A stretch of 63,371 nucleotides of DNA, the filler included, from Octopus bimaculoides (lineage: Eukaryota), in NCBI RefSeq assembly GCF_001194135.2. It is 4 parts of 4 records of this genome, joined end to end, with 100 filler letters (N's around TTAATTAATTAA, not from the genome) between each part and the next. Parts side by side here need not be neighbours in the genome. Positions count along the whole stretch, not along the records: positions 1 to 16,523 come from NC_068981.1; 3 more parts are not named here. One strand, written 5' to 3'. The notes beneath the pieces are model-generated. The model was given only the letters and a program-made list of their open reading frames with translations, did not search any database and was not told the DNA's origin. This document shows positions 1 through 12,072 of this stretch, in pieces. A program made the translations under genes and the position numbers. Position 1 is the first letter of the stretch; every line of letters starts with the position of its first letter.

Positions 1-2
1 AA

Positions 3-1025
3 AATTTCCCTTCTTCCCACAAATATAGTAGAATTTTCTCTTGTCATACAGTCCGAATTTCTTACTCTACCCTTCCTAATGCAGGTACAATCATAGCTAG
101 GTTAAGCAAAAAGAACATTAGGTCAGCTAGAATAAATGAAGTTAAAAATAGTGGATATGGTTATATGAATACAAATAATAATCTAGCAAATACCAATAAT
201 TTTACTACTAATAATTATATAAATAGAAGTGAAAATAACAACGACAATAGAAATTATGAGGATAATAATAATATGCTTAGTCCTGCCAACCATAATTTTA
301 TCCAACAAACAGAATGCAGCAGTAATGATGTTGTGGTTCTAACTGAAGTTGATGATAGGCTCAACTCCAATGAAGATAATAGAAATTTGGGACCTAGTTC
401 ATATAATGTCAATATGCCTAATGTTGGAGGAATAATTCTAACTGATAGCACATCAGGAAACGAGTTAAATAATGATGAAAATGATCAATATATACCTAAT
501 AGTAGAATTGAGGAATTGATAAATAATGTTAGTGTAAATAATTATAATAATAATAATAGAGATATTAGAAATAATATAGGTGGAGTTGGTAGCACCACTA
601 GGTACAACTTCAGAAATAAGTCCCATTGTCCCTTATTAGGAAATTGTTGCACCCGTAACGTAGTGTACAGATGCATTATTAGTACAATAACCGAGAATTA
701 TATTTACATAGGATGTAGTATTAATGTGAAACAGAATATATAACCATAGGTCTTCTTTTAGACTAAGACATAAGGCTAATAGTACGACATTAGCAAGTAA
801 AATTTGGGAGTTAAAAGATAATGGTATTAATTTTAGCCTTAAATGGGAAATTATAAGAAAAGCTCAACCTTATAGAAATAGTAGATATGGATGTGAATTA
901 TGTTCTATGGAAATATATGAAATTTTTAAACTTAGAAATAATCCTAACCTAATTAATAATAGATTACACCTTCCTAATTAATAATAGATTAGACCTTAGA
1001 GTATCGTGTGTACATTGCTCTACTC
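3..1025 (+). mobile_element. Penelope-like element 3' part: RT-thumb end, long Asn-rich linker, GIY-YIG endonuclease (one frameshift near 740)
   Basis: Frame open from nt 3 to 743: NFPSSHKYSRIFSCHTVRISYSTLPN (PLE post-RT motif) ... CPLLGNCCTRNVVYRCII...YIG. Continues in another frame from 739: YNHRSSF...LASKIWELKDNG...KWEII...CELCSME...LINNRL. Confidence 0.85.
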
Positions 1026-1097
1026 GTACTTTTAAATTCAAATTCGGTGTGTGTATATATACATGTATGTGTGTGTATATTTATATATAATAAATTG

Positions 1098-1851
1098 AAA
1101 GGGAGGCTTATTAGCAATTAGAACCTAAAGGTAAAATTAATACAGATCACAAAGCTGACAGAGGGTACTGACTAGCACTGCTTTTGCTAAAAATAAGACT
1201 TAAAACAATTCAAAAGCACTATTTTAATGACTAACAAAGGGAGGTAAGTCCCCAGTATATATAGTCAGATCACGATTTTGGATTTTGATGAAGACCATCT
1301 TAATCCTCCTTAGAGACTCTTAATGCTTTGGATTTAAACTTAACTATCTCTGTCAGTCTTATAAGAAAAACTGTTAAAAACATGTACTGATTTTCAAAAC
1401 AGTAAAAACCCTAGGCATTAAGAGTCGCTGATGAGGATTAAGATCGCGATTTCAGATTTTGATGTAGACCATCTTAATCCTCATCAGCGACTCTTAACAC
1501 CTAGAGTTAAACTCAACTACCTCTGTTAGTCTTATAAGAAAAACCCTTGAAAACATGTGCTGATTTTTCAAAACAGTAAAGGTGTAAGCTACAGATTAAA
1601 AGGGTAGCTTATTAGCAATTAGAACCTTAAGACAAAATTAATACAGGTCACAAAAGTGACAAAGGGTACTGACTAGCACCGCTTTTGCTAAAAATAAGAG
1701 TTAAAACAACTCAAAAACCATAAAAGCACTCTCTTAATGACTGACAAAGGGAGATAAGTCCCCAACATATATAGCTGAATCGCAATTTTGGGTTTTGATG
1801 TAGACCATCTTAATCTTCATCTGCGACTCTTAATGCCTAGGGTTAAGTTCA
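1098..1851 (-). repeat. Tandem/partly inverted array of a ~335-nt non-coding unit containing a type I hammerhead-like motif (retrozyme/pLTR-like)
   Basis: Blocks 1098-1408, 1442-1580 and 1598-1851 are diverged copies of each other. Minus-strand HHR-like motifs at 1263-1319, 1442-1493 and 1773-1829. Confidence 0.75.
1442..1493 (-). ncRNA. Minimal type I hammerhead ribozyme motif (core intact; stem I partner displaced by inversion)
   Basis: Minus strand: gagtcg-CTGATGA-ggat..atct-GAAA-tcgcga(palindromic stem III)-TC. Confidence 0.65.
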
Positions 1852-1854
1852 AAA

Positions 1855-2130
1855 GCCTGCCTAGATATGGAAAATGCTACTTTTCGGGAGGTGTATCAGA
1901 GATGGCAACATCAAAATCTGGTAGGATGGTATTTGGGGCTGGTTATGCAAGGACCTTGGTTTTCTTGATGTTTGCTGTGAGGCCAAAGTGATGGTAGACC
2001 ATAGCAAAGTTGTTCACATCTGTGGCTGCAAAACTAGGTCTCTATATCATCACAACATCCAAAAATTAGAATGCTTTCACTAACAAAAGCTTTATTCAAG
2101 CTTCAGCATCAAATGGGAACACTCAACAAC
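1855..2130 (-). mobile_element. Degenerate RTE-BovB-like LINE RT fragment
   Basis: Minus-strand FGLTANIKKTKVLA*PAP...HFPYLG resembles the RTE RT C-terminal motifs. Confidence 0.6.
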
Positions 2131-2269
2131 AAAGATCTGCATACAGGATACTAGCAGGCATATGGAGTCATCATGAGAGAATGCATGTCATTTCAAGGTC
2201 TTCCTCTTGACAGCATTATTGCACACTGTTCACCCACTCCCTGGGATGAGGCCCTGCTTGCTAGATCAG

Positions 2270-5200
2270 CTGATTCCTACTCAGTATTCTTCTAGCCATT
2301 TCTCATCTTTCTTTAACCAAATCCAGTGGCTTGCATTCTCCACTGTAGCCTGAATATCACTGATGATGGTTCTGCTTTACAATGAGTTAAACCTAGTGAT
2401 CACAACCATTGCTTCAAACTGTTTCCAATGAATCCTCTACATTCAACTTTGATCAGATAATGTTCTTCTTTCTATCCTACATCTTTACATTCCTTGAGGT
2501 GTTTATAATGGTTGATCTTTTGAGTCTGAGCAGTGTCCATGTAATTTTCATGAGAAACTGTTAACTCAATCAGATTTACTACTTTCTTTTTCTCACACCA
2601 TATGATAATATCTGGTTTCTTTGTAACTAGAATGGGTAGAATTCTTGTCATCCTGATAAATCTGCAGCCACCTCACAACAGTTATTCCACTTTCCATCAT
2701 TCACAGGAAATTTCTTCTTCAAATAGATCTGCTGTCCTCAATGTATGAAGGCAATGAAATCTGTAGCAGGTTTCTTCTATGGTTTCTTACCACTGTTGAT
2801 TAAAACAATTTGGTTCTTTGCATCATTGAAAAAGATCTTAAAAAGCAGATTCAGTGTACCTACTTTCTCCACATCTGCATTTATCACTTTTTGATGCATG
2901 CCATCTCACTAGGTTTGTACAAATCAAAAACTTCAGACATGATTTACTTCATTTCCATTGTTCATTCCAACTTATTTTTCTCTCAATTATGTTTTCCTCC
3001 CATCTTGACATCTGACCTTGTTGAGAACATTGAATCAAATGAAGCTCTTTTGTCTGTTTCTTTTGCCTTGACACTGTTACTAACAAAAAATTTGTATTTG
3101 CTCTGCATCATACTTGAAAATAGCCTGAACTGATCCAAGCCAAATTCAAGTCCCTTCCAATCAATTTACATGGCACCTCTTAGTGAGTAACTGAAAAGAG
3201 GTCATCAGTTTCTGCCCTTAGCTTCATGGTTGTTTTTACATCTAGTGGATTATGCCTTATTTTTCTATCCTTCAACTCTCTTAGTATCATCACTATTTGT
3301 ACCTTCCCCACTTTATAAATTTTGACAACTGACACCAGCGGTAATTGTAATGAGCCTCTTTTGTAATAAAGAGCTGAGCAGTTCACTATTTGAGGTAGAC
3401 CTAGCCACTTCCTAATGATCACATAACACTTTTGCTGAATAATTTTAACCCATGACAGTACTATCTTGTATATTAATAGTGGCACAAAAGGTGTGGATAT
3501 AAGCCAAATTGTAGACACCATATTTTATACTTTGAACCATCAGTTTGACCCATTAGTCCATCCTCAGCTTGCTTCATAATCTGCATCCCACAACTTCTAT
3601 CTGACAATGCTCCAGTGTATGCATGCTCTAAACTCTTAGCTGGTTTGTTCTTGACTTTTAGAATACCTTGTCATGCTATTTTAAATTTCACTTCTTTCTG
3701 CATTCCCCTAATAACTGTCAGACTGTACGACCTTGTTCTGAACTACATTTTAAACCACTTTAGCAGCTCATCTAGCCTTGACAGGGTATTCTGCATAACC
3801 CACTTATCTAATTAACAGCAGTATCAGATCATCCATGAAGGCCTCTTAGGTGACTAAATATGGGCCACTTGTTCTGACAAGTCTGTTGTTTTTAAAATCA
3901 TCTCCATGACTAGGATAGACCATGTGACTGATATTGTGCAGCCAGCCACAATGCCAATCTCCAGGCAGTGCCAATCTGTTGTGAAGTTACCAGGTATAAA
4001 TCTCATCTCAAAACTGGCCTAATATTTCTTCATTAATTTTATCACCTTCTTCAGTATGTGGAAGTGTTCCATGGTTCTCATCAGCTATTCATGTGGCACT
4101 GAGCCATATGCATCAGATAGATCAAGCCATACCATGTTCAGACATGTTTTGTTCTTATTTAGCATCCTGTATTGCTTTCCAAATTGAAAAGGAATGCTCA
4201 ATACATCCTGTGATTCTAAAGATTCTGGCCTTTTGAACAGATTCATCCATATATCCATTACTCTGTGGAGGCGCAATGGCCCAGTGGTTAGGGCAGCGGA
4301 CTTGCGGTCATAGGATCGCGGTTTCGATTCCCAGACTGGGCATTGTGTTTATTGAGCGAAAGCACCTAAAGCTCCACGAGGCTCCGGCAGGGGATGGTGG
4401 CGAACCCTGCTGTACTCTACCACCACAACTTTCTCTCACTCTTACTTCCTGTTTCTGTTGTGACTGTAATTCAAAGGGTCATCCTTTTCACACTGTGTCA
4501 CGCTGAATATTCCCGAGAACTACGTTAAGGGTACATGTGTCTGTGGAGTGCTCAGCCACTTGCACGTTAATTTCACGAGTAGGCTGTTCCATTGATTGGA
4601 TCGACTGGAACCCTCGTCGTCGTAAGCAACGGAGTGCCAACAACCATTACTCTGTAGGTATGGCACTGTTTTTTTTGCAAAACTGTCATTCATGTTCAAT
4701 AAGAATATCTGTCTAAACTGTTTTATAGTCTCTGCATTGGCTTCCTTTGGAAGGTATGTGCCTTCTGCATTACATCAATCCTCCACTAGAGCCTCTTTAC
4801 ACCAAAGCTATTGGAGCAGGACAAAAAACTTCTTTCGTAGATGCTTGCAGTACTAATATACCTTATATGAGATTCCACCACCTCCTGGAGCACTGGCTTT
4901 TCTCACGAACACATTTACCTCTTTCTCCTTGATGTCTCTAATCTGAAATTTGGCATCAGTTCTAAAAGATGCATCAGTCCATTTATAGGTGATAGTTGCT
5001 GATTACAGTTTGGATTGTTGTGGGTTTCTTTGATGTGAGTATCCAGTTCTTCTTTTGTGCATGATAAAGTACCACTATTTGATTTAGTGAACAGATTCTT
5101 TGTCACCTCATATGGGTTCTTCAAAAACTGTTCACAAGTCCTTTTGTTTTCTTTTCTTCACTCATATCAGCAGATATTTCATTGCACAAACCAGCATTTT

Positions 5201-5706
5201 CTTTTCAAATTCTCAAACAGTAGTGTGAGATCAAGTTTTTCATCTTCCATTGCTTTCTTAAGCTTTTCTTCTCCATCCTCAATAGTTTCATTTTCCTGTT
5301 CCTCTTGCTTGTTCCACTCTTTCCTTTTACCAATTCCTGTGTTTTATATTGAACTGGATAGCATCACTAGTTTCTCTACTGAGGATCCTATCATTTCATA
5401 TAAAGCTTTACATACTTTTCAAACTCTTTATATTTTACTTTCTCACTAGCCTCAGTTTCTTGTGAGCATTAAATTATGCATCAGTCTCATAACCTGTAGT
5501 TTCCTCGTGAGAAGAGCTCTTGCTGTAGCATTTATTGATCTACTGTGGTTTGCTTCCAGTGATGATTTGCTATGTGTTTTATAATCAGATGATCCACACT
5601 GCTCTGCCCTCTTCTTGCAAGTCTTTCCCTGATGTATAAAAAAGCCTCTCTTGGTAGCAAAGATCTTGACTCCCTCCTTCTGGTCAATCATGGGGTTACC
5701 ATGCAC
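2270..5706 (-). mobile_element. Near full-length decayed HERO-type non-LTR retrotransposon (N-terminal Zn finger, RT, restriction-like endonuclease), interrupted by a SINE
   Basis: Minus-strand fragments in the expected order: KIFATKRGFFIHQGKTC; KNPYEVTKNLF...GTLSCTKEELDTH; VVWLDLSDAYGSVPH-like (MVWLDLSDAYGSVPHE); RKWLGLP...LQLPL...YKVGKV; IWCEKKEVVNLIELTVSHEN...KVECRGFIG...ASHWIWLKKD. Confidence 0.8.
4267..4643 (+). mobile_element. Full-length tRNA-derived SINE with 12-bp TSD
   Basis: A box TGGCCCAGTGG, B-box-like GTTTCGATTCC, tail ...GGAGTGCCAACAA. TSD CCATTACTCTGT at 4255-4266 and 4644-4655. Confidence 0.9.
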
Positions 5707-6412
5707 TAAAAAAAGATTAAAAAAACTTTATCATATGCTAAAGGAATGAATTGTTATTGCTTGGGTAGTGAAAGAATATTGTGGCTAGAGAGCTAGGTTA
5801 TATGTTTTTTTTTTTTTTTGGTATTTGACTTCAAATCTAACCAATGAAATTAAATACTGGAGGAAAGAGTTTTGTAACTTGACTCTACCTGTTCATCTTT
5901 TCTAATAGGTGGGAGCCAATGAGGGAAAGTTTATGGGATTGTTCAACCTGCTGGAAATAACAACCAAATCTCTTCACCAATAAAGGAGCTAGCTGTTCTT
6001 TGATTGTTCAACCTTCTCAGAATATCTGCCAGATCCCATTAGACAAAGCTAGAATGCATTTGCCTACAAGTCTGCTTGAGGGAAAATATCTTTTGTAGCT
6101 AAATGGGAAAACAACTTTATTTTCTGTTTACATCAATTTTATGTCAATTTAGACATATGTGTATTACTCAAGAAGGGAACCAATGACAGAGTATGGGATT
6201 GTTTGACTTGATAGAATTAGTATACAAATCTCTTCACATGTATTGTTCAATAAACTGTTTTACGTGTCTGTACTTATTTTTTCTGTCAAGCTTACTAATG
6301 TGCCAATGTTTAGAGGTACAGTCTTTGGCAGGCTTGAATTCATGAATTTGAGATCAATGAAAAACAGATTGAATAGATAACTCCTAAAAATATTTCACCA
6401 TTGTTTTTACAG

Positions 6413-6569
6413 ATGTTACATAACATTAACTCAGTCTCTTCACCTTATCATGAGTGGTGCCCCTGCTGGTCCAGCTGGTACTGGTAAGACAGAAACAACT
6501 AAAGATTTAGGAAGAGCATTAGGAATCATGGTATATGTTTTCAACTGCTCTGAGCAAATGGACTATAAG
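6413..6569 (+). CDS. DNAH9/11/17-like: Internal exon of an axonemal outer-arm dynein heavy chain (AAA1 Walker A)
   Basis: ttttacag|A...TATAAG|gtgagt; encodes (R)[52 protein letters not shown], 157 nt. Confidence 0.95.
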
Positions 6570-7043
6570 GTGAGTATTAGCTGTTGGTATTAACCCTTTC
6601 GTTACTATATTTCTGACCAAAATACACCCTCATGAATTTCAATTAAATTCTAAAATAATCATGAATTTAGACTAGTTTCATTAAACAATTGTAACTTTTT
6701 TACTTATCGACATATTAATGTGATATTTGGAACATAATTGAAGAAAGGGTTCTTAATCAATTCCATTGCATAACTTTTGTCTTAAAGTGACTCTAATTAC
6801 AGGAAAATTCAGGTAAACCAAGTAAAATATAAAGATATTTAAATTTTGTTTAATCATCACCATAGAAAATGAGTCATCAGCTAATATTCAATTGGGTATG
6901 CAACAAAATTTTAATATAAAAGAATTGTGTACATTACTAGATTATCAGTTGAATTTAATGCACTGAAGAACAGGTGTTCCATAAAGATAAAATAAACTGA
7001 AATACTAGAATTTGTTTTTGAAGAAAACTAGAAAATTAAATAC

Positions 7044-7213
7044 ATCATCATCATCATCGTTTAACATCCGCTTTCCATGCTAGCATGGGTTGGACGATTT
7101 GACTGAGGACTGGCTGCACCAGGTTCCAATCTGATCTGGCAGTGTTTCTACAGCTGGATGCCCTTCCTAATGCCAACCACTCCGAGAGTGTAGTGGGTGC
7201 TTTTACGTGCCAC
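7044..7213 (-). repeat. 3'-tail fragment of the RTE family, ending in (GAT)n
   Basis: Reverse complement of the 3' end of the RTE at 8488-10050. Related short copies at ~7918-7965 (-), ~16320-16400 (+), ~17430-17862 (+) and ~27845-28130 (+). Confidence 0.75.
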
Positions 7214-8487
7214 AACTTAATGAAATATATTTACACACATACATGAATACACAAGACTGTTATATTATTTTCTTGTTTAAGATTCTACTTTTATTTTATT
7301 TCATTTTATTGTATTTTATAAACCCATTTTAATCGTTTAATTTATAGATAATTCGATATAGGGTGTTCTATTTTGCATGTCTTTTATCTGAATTTTATTA
7401 TTATGCACTCAGCAATTTTTTTATAAAATGTTGTTTGTATATATGCGTCAGGACCTAGACATGTTTTTATGTGGATGTTTGTATTGTTGGCATGCATATG
7501 TATTCGTATGTATGTGTCTATATATATGTGTAAGTAAGCATATATGTTTATACTTGTACATATACATACATCTAAAATGTGTATTTATGCTAATATACAC
7601 TTTTGTATACACATGTATATGTAATTTTCTTTTGTGTACAATCATTACACATATTCAGCCACCTATCTTTCTTTCTTTCTTTTCCTTTCCTTATGGAAAG
7701 TATTTTTTCTCCCCCTATTTGTTACTTGTATAGAGTCCTTTAACTTTGCACTTCTCTCCCCTCCTCTCACTCACTTCTTTCTCATGCTAACTGTTACATC
7801 TAAGATCACTCCTTTTCTTTTTCTTTCCCCCTCTCTGCGTTTTAAAATTCACTTCTCATCTATATGTATACACCAAGTAATTTTTGTATACAAGCATGAT
7901 TGCGTACATATGTATATCATCATCATCATCATCATCATTTAACATCCGCTTTCCATGCTAGCATGAGTTGTGTATTTGTGTGTATATTTATGTCTTACAT
8001 ATATATATGTCTGTATATGTATGTAGTCTGTGTACATCCATCTGTGTGTCTTGATGTATACATGTATATTGATGGTTTAGTATGCGTATATACTATTGTA
8101 ATATATCTATGTAATGCAATATGAAAATTTTAATTTTAATTTTAATTTTTGATGTATTAATTGAATTGTATTTTGTATATAATTATTTGCAATATGTATT
8201 TTGAATCCGCTCTTTGATTTAAGGTTTTCCTCTATTTTTATAATATGATGAATATATATCGAATTCTCTTATTTTGTTCATTGCATGCTTAAGACCGTTA
8301 ATTGAAAGGATCAATGAAACAAATCCATTTTTAAAGATGTATCCTTTAACTAGGTTTGATCATATCGTTATTTCTGTTTTATTTTAACAAAACTGAACAA
8401 ATGAATGGAAACATGAAACTCTAAGTAACAGCTTTTATTATATTTCTGCTGCTTTTAAATAAAATATTTATATATATATATTTATAT

Positions 8488-10050
8488 AGTCCTCCAGGCG
8501 ATAACAGAGGAATTCAAGACAGGGTGCCCCTGGGAGCTCCTCTATGCTGACGACCTTGCTCTAATTGCTGAGTCACTATCAGAACTAGAGGAGAAGTTTC
8601 AGGTGTGATAGCAAAGACTAGAACCGAAGGGCCTTAGAGTCAACCTAGCTAAAACCAAAGTCCTAATAAGTAGGAAGGTAGACAAAACACAAATCTCTGC
8701 TCGATCTATAGAAAAGGCGTAGGTAGAAACTCTATAAGAAGTACCTAGTTTAAGCTATGGACACATAAGAGGTGCAGCAATATCAAAGGAATGCTAACTG
8801 AGAAGATAGTTTTTGTATGTGGGAGATGCTCAGGAGCAATAAGCACTGAAAATGTGCAGAGAACAACTTCCGCCACATTCCAGGGAGAAAAACTAGAAGT
8901 AGTTGATAGCTTCCGTTACCTAGGTGACCAAGTCAGTAGCAAGGGAGGGTGTGCTGAAAGTGTAGCTGCTAGAATAAGAATAGCCTGGGCAAAGTTCAGA
9001 GAGCTCTTACCTCTGCTGGCGACAAAAGTCCTCTCACTCAGAGTAAAAGGCAGACTGTGTGATGCATGTGAATGAACAGCTATGCTACATGGCAGTGAAA
9101 CATGGGCCGTGACTGCTGAGGACATGTGTAAGCTCACAAGAAATGAAGCCAGTATGCTCCACTGGATGTGTAATGTCATTGTGCATACTCGACAGAGTGT
9201 AAGTACCTTGAGAGAAAAGTTGGACCTAAGAAGCATCAGATGTGGTGTGCAAGAGAAACGATTGCACTGGTATGGTCATGTGGTGAGAATGGATGAGGAT
9301 AGCTGTGTGAAAAAGTGCCACAGCCTAGCAATTGAGGGAACCTGTGGAAGAGGTAGACCCAGGAAGACCTGGGATGAGGTGGTGAAGCATGACCTTCAAA
9401 CATTAGGCCTCACCAAAGAAATGACTAGTGACCGAGACGTTTGGAACTATGCAGTGCATGAGAAGACCTGGCATGTCAAGTGAGACCATAATCTGTAGCC
9501 TATGCTAGGTGTGTAACCAGCCCACTTATGCATACCTTCCTTCATTGGACACTAAACTCTGCTTGCGAAGACCTGTTGAGGCAAGTGAAATCGAAATCGA
9601 ATCAAATTCGCAAATTCGATCACTGGCACCCATGCTAGTGGAGCGCTAAGAGCACCATCCAAGTGTGATTGTTGCCAGAGCAGCTGATTGGCTTCCATGC
9701 TGGTGGCACGTAAAGAGCACAATTCAAGTGTGATCGTTATCAGCATCACCTTACTGGCACTTGTTCTGGTGGCATGTGAAAAAACATTCAAGCGAGGTCG
9801 TTGCCAGTGCAGGTGGCATGTAAAAAACACCATTTTGAGTGTGGCCATTGCCAGTACTGCCTGACTGGCCCTCGTGCTGGTGGCACGTAAAAGCACCCAC
9901 TACACTCTCAGAGTGGTTGGCGTTAGGAAGGGCATCCAACTCTGCTAGATCAGATTGGAGCCTGATGCAGCCTTCTGGTTTGCCAGTCCTCAGTCAAATC
10001 GTCCAATCCATGCTAGCATGGAAAGAAGACGTTAAACAATGATGATGGTG
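8488..10050 (+). mobile_element. 5'-truncated RTE-clade LINE (RT C-half plus 3' UTR with (GAT)n tail)
   Basis: WELLYADDLALIAES, GLRVNLAKTKVL, FRYLGD, LHGSETW, LHWYGHVVRMDED...GRGRPRKTW; several stops and frameshifts. Confidence 0.9.
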
Positions 10051-10903
10051 ATATATATATATATATATATATTTATACATATAAATAATCAATATAAAAT
10101 ATAAGAGAAATTACCTCTAACAGGCAATTTCTACACGCTAGAAGACGGCCGATATATATATATATATAATGTTTTTGGATTCTGTCATGGAGGAAGCTGA
10201 TGTTCAATTTACGTGTTTGCTGACTATACTGTTTTGGTGTCTCTCTTGTTTATAAACAGGTGTAGAATTGGTTGAATGTGGTGTAGAACATTAAGTTGAC
10301 AAAACTTTTAGAATGCGTTATAAGTTATTTATTAAAATGGTAACATTTGATATATCACAGTAGGTAAACAATACTAAATGAAAAAATGTTTAAAAGAAAC
10401 AAATGCAGTTGCAGTATTTGTGATGTATAAATTGTTGTTTGTGTATCTATGTGTTTTCGTATGTTTGGCAAGACAAAGCATGTGTGCAAAAGAACCTTAT
10501 TTGTATAGCTGTTGTTCTAGTGATGTGTGCTCTTAGATTAGTAGTAGTAGTCAGCAGTCAAAGACGTCTTAATTAGACAGAAGATTGTTCTTGCGTAGCA
10601 TAGCGTATGCGGCTGTGCCACCAACTCTTTGCTCTTGGCCGAAATGTTGCTCTATTTGTGTGGTCACAGCACTGACAAGTCAAGCTCTGTCTGGCTAGCG
10701 TTCCCTTGATTTATGGTGTCGAAGGTCAAGTGTTTTGGCCGTTAATTTTAGGCAAACATTTTCCTTGACATATGTTATCTATGGTGAATTTCCTTAGTTT
10801 TGANNNNNNNNNNNNNNNNNNNNNNNNNNNNNNNNNNNNNNNNNNNNNNNNNNNNNNNNNNNNNNNNNNNNNNNNNNNNNNNNNNNNNNNNNNNNNNNNN
10901 NNN

Positions 10904-10937
<34 letters not shown>

Positions 10938-10940
<3 letters not shown>

Positions 10941-11280
10941 GAGGACACGGTTTTGATGAAGAAATACGTGGGCCTTACAGAGGGGAATTTCAAGGCCAGG
11001 TTTAATAATCACACCTTGAGCTTCAGGCACTGGGATAAAAAGAAAACGACCAAATTATCCAGTCATATCTGGTCCTTAAAAGATAAAGGTGTCAGTTACA
11101 ACATCCATTGGAAGATCTTAGCTAAGTGTAAGCCCTACACCAACGGCAGTGGAAAGTGCAGTCTTCGTGATGTGGAAAGATGGCTCATCTGAAAAAGCAG
11201 CTCAGACCCTGCCACATGTCTAAATTCAAGAATTGAACTTTTCGGATCATGTCCACATGTGGCTAAATGTTTATGATTTT
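10938..11280 (+). mobile_element. Penelope-like GIY-YIG endonuclease fragment
   Basis: KKYVGLTEGNFKARFNNHTLSFRH...TKLSSHIWSLKDKG...HWKILAKCKPY...KCSL...LNSRIELFGSCPH. Confidence 0.85.
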
Positions 11281-12072
11281 GGTACCCCCGAGATTACAGA
11301 TAGCACTTGCTTTCTATATTGTGTCCACATACAAGCTTTTTACCTCTCTATACTTTTTACTTATATTTCTTGTATATTTTTTATATATTTTTTTACATAT
11401 CTGTAGAGATATTGTTTTATAGTTTTATTGCTCATATATTTTTTTACGCGTAATTTTTCTGTATTCTACCTTCCACCCTGCATTTCTCCTGTGCATATAT
11501 AGACGTATATATGGAATCTTTTGTGCACGTGTGTTTATGTATGCAGGTATGTGCGTGTATAGATGTGTGTGTGTACGTGCATATATAGATGTGTTTTACT
11601 CTTATTGCTTATTTTTTACACTTTTTTAACACATTTTTCTGTATTTTGCCTTTAGCCCTGTTTTTCTTGTGCATGTGCGTATATAGACATATGTATGAAA
11701 TTTTTGTGCACGTGTGTGTGTGCATATATAGACATGTGTGGGTATGTGTGTATATTAGACGTGTTTGTGTGTGTGCATGCGAGTACCTGTTTTTTCTGGT
11801 GCATGTGTGTATGTAGACGTGTGTGTGAACCTTTTTTTGTGCAAGCGTGTATGCGGGTATGTATATATTTTTTGTCGAATGTGTGGCTGAGCTTGTGTAT
11901 GTTTCAAGTGAGGGTGGATGAGTATATACATACAGGCGTGCATGTGTATGTATGGACATGTGCGCTTATGCAGTTACTATGAATATTTTTACAACCTTAA
12001 CTTTAATCCCTCACCACAGTAATTTACCTTTGTTTTAACGGTCATTTACATTGCTTTATTTTCAATGGTCCA

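Noticed and set aside
4267-4340. tRNA-like sequences here and at 25588, 28337, 29263, 52320 and 55840-55913
   Set aside because: They have A/B boxes but no complete cloverleaf or acceptor stem, and continue into repeat bodies; these are SINE or pLTR heads, not tRNA genes.
10110-10160. Half hammerhead (cacgctagaagacggccga), and a similar half at ~39325-39350
   Set aside because: Only one half of the core is present and it is mutated; no partner stem is visible.
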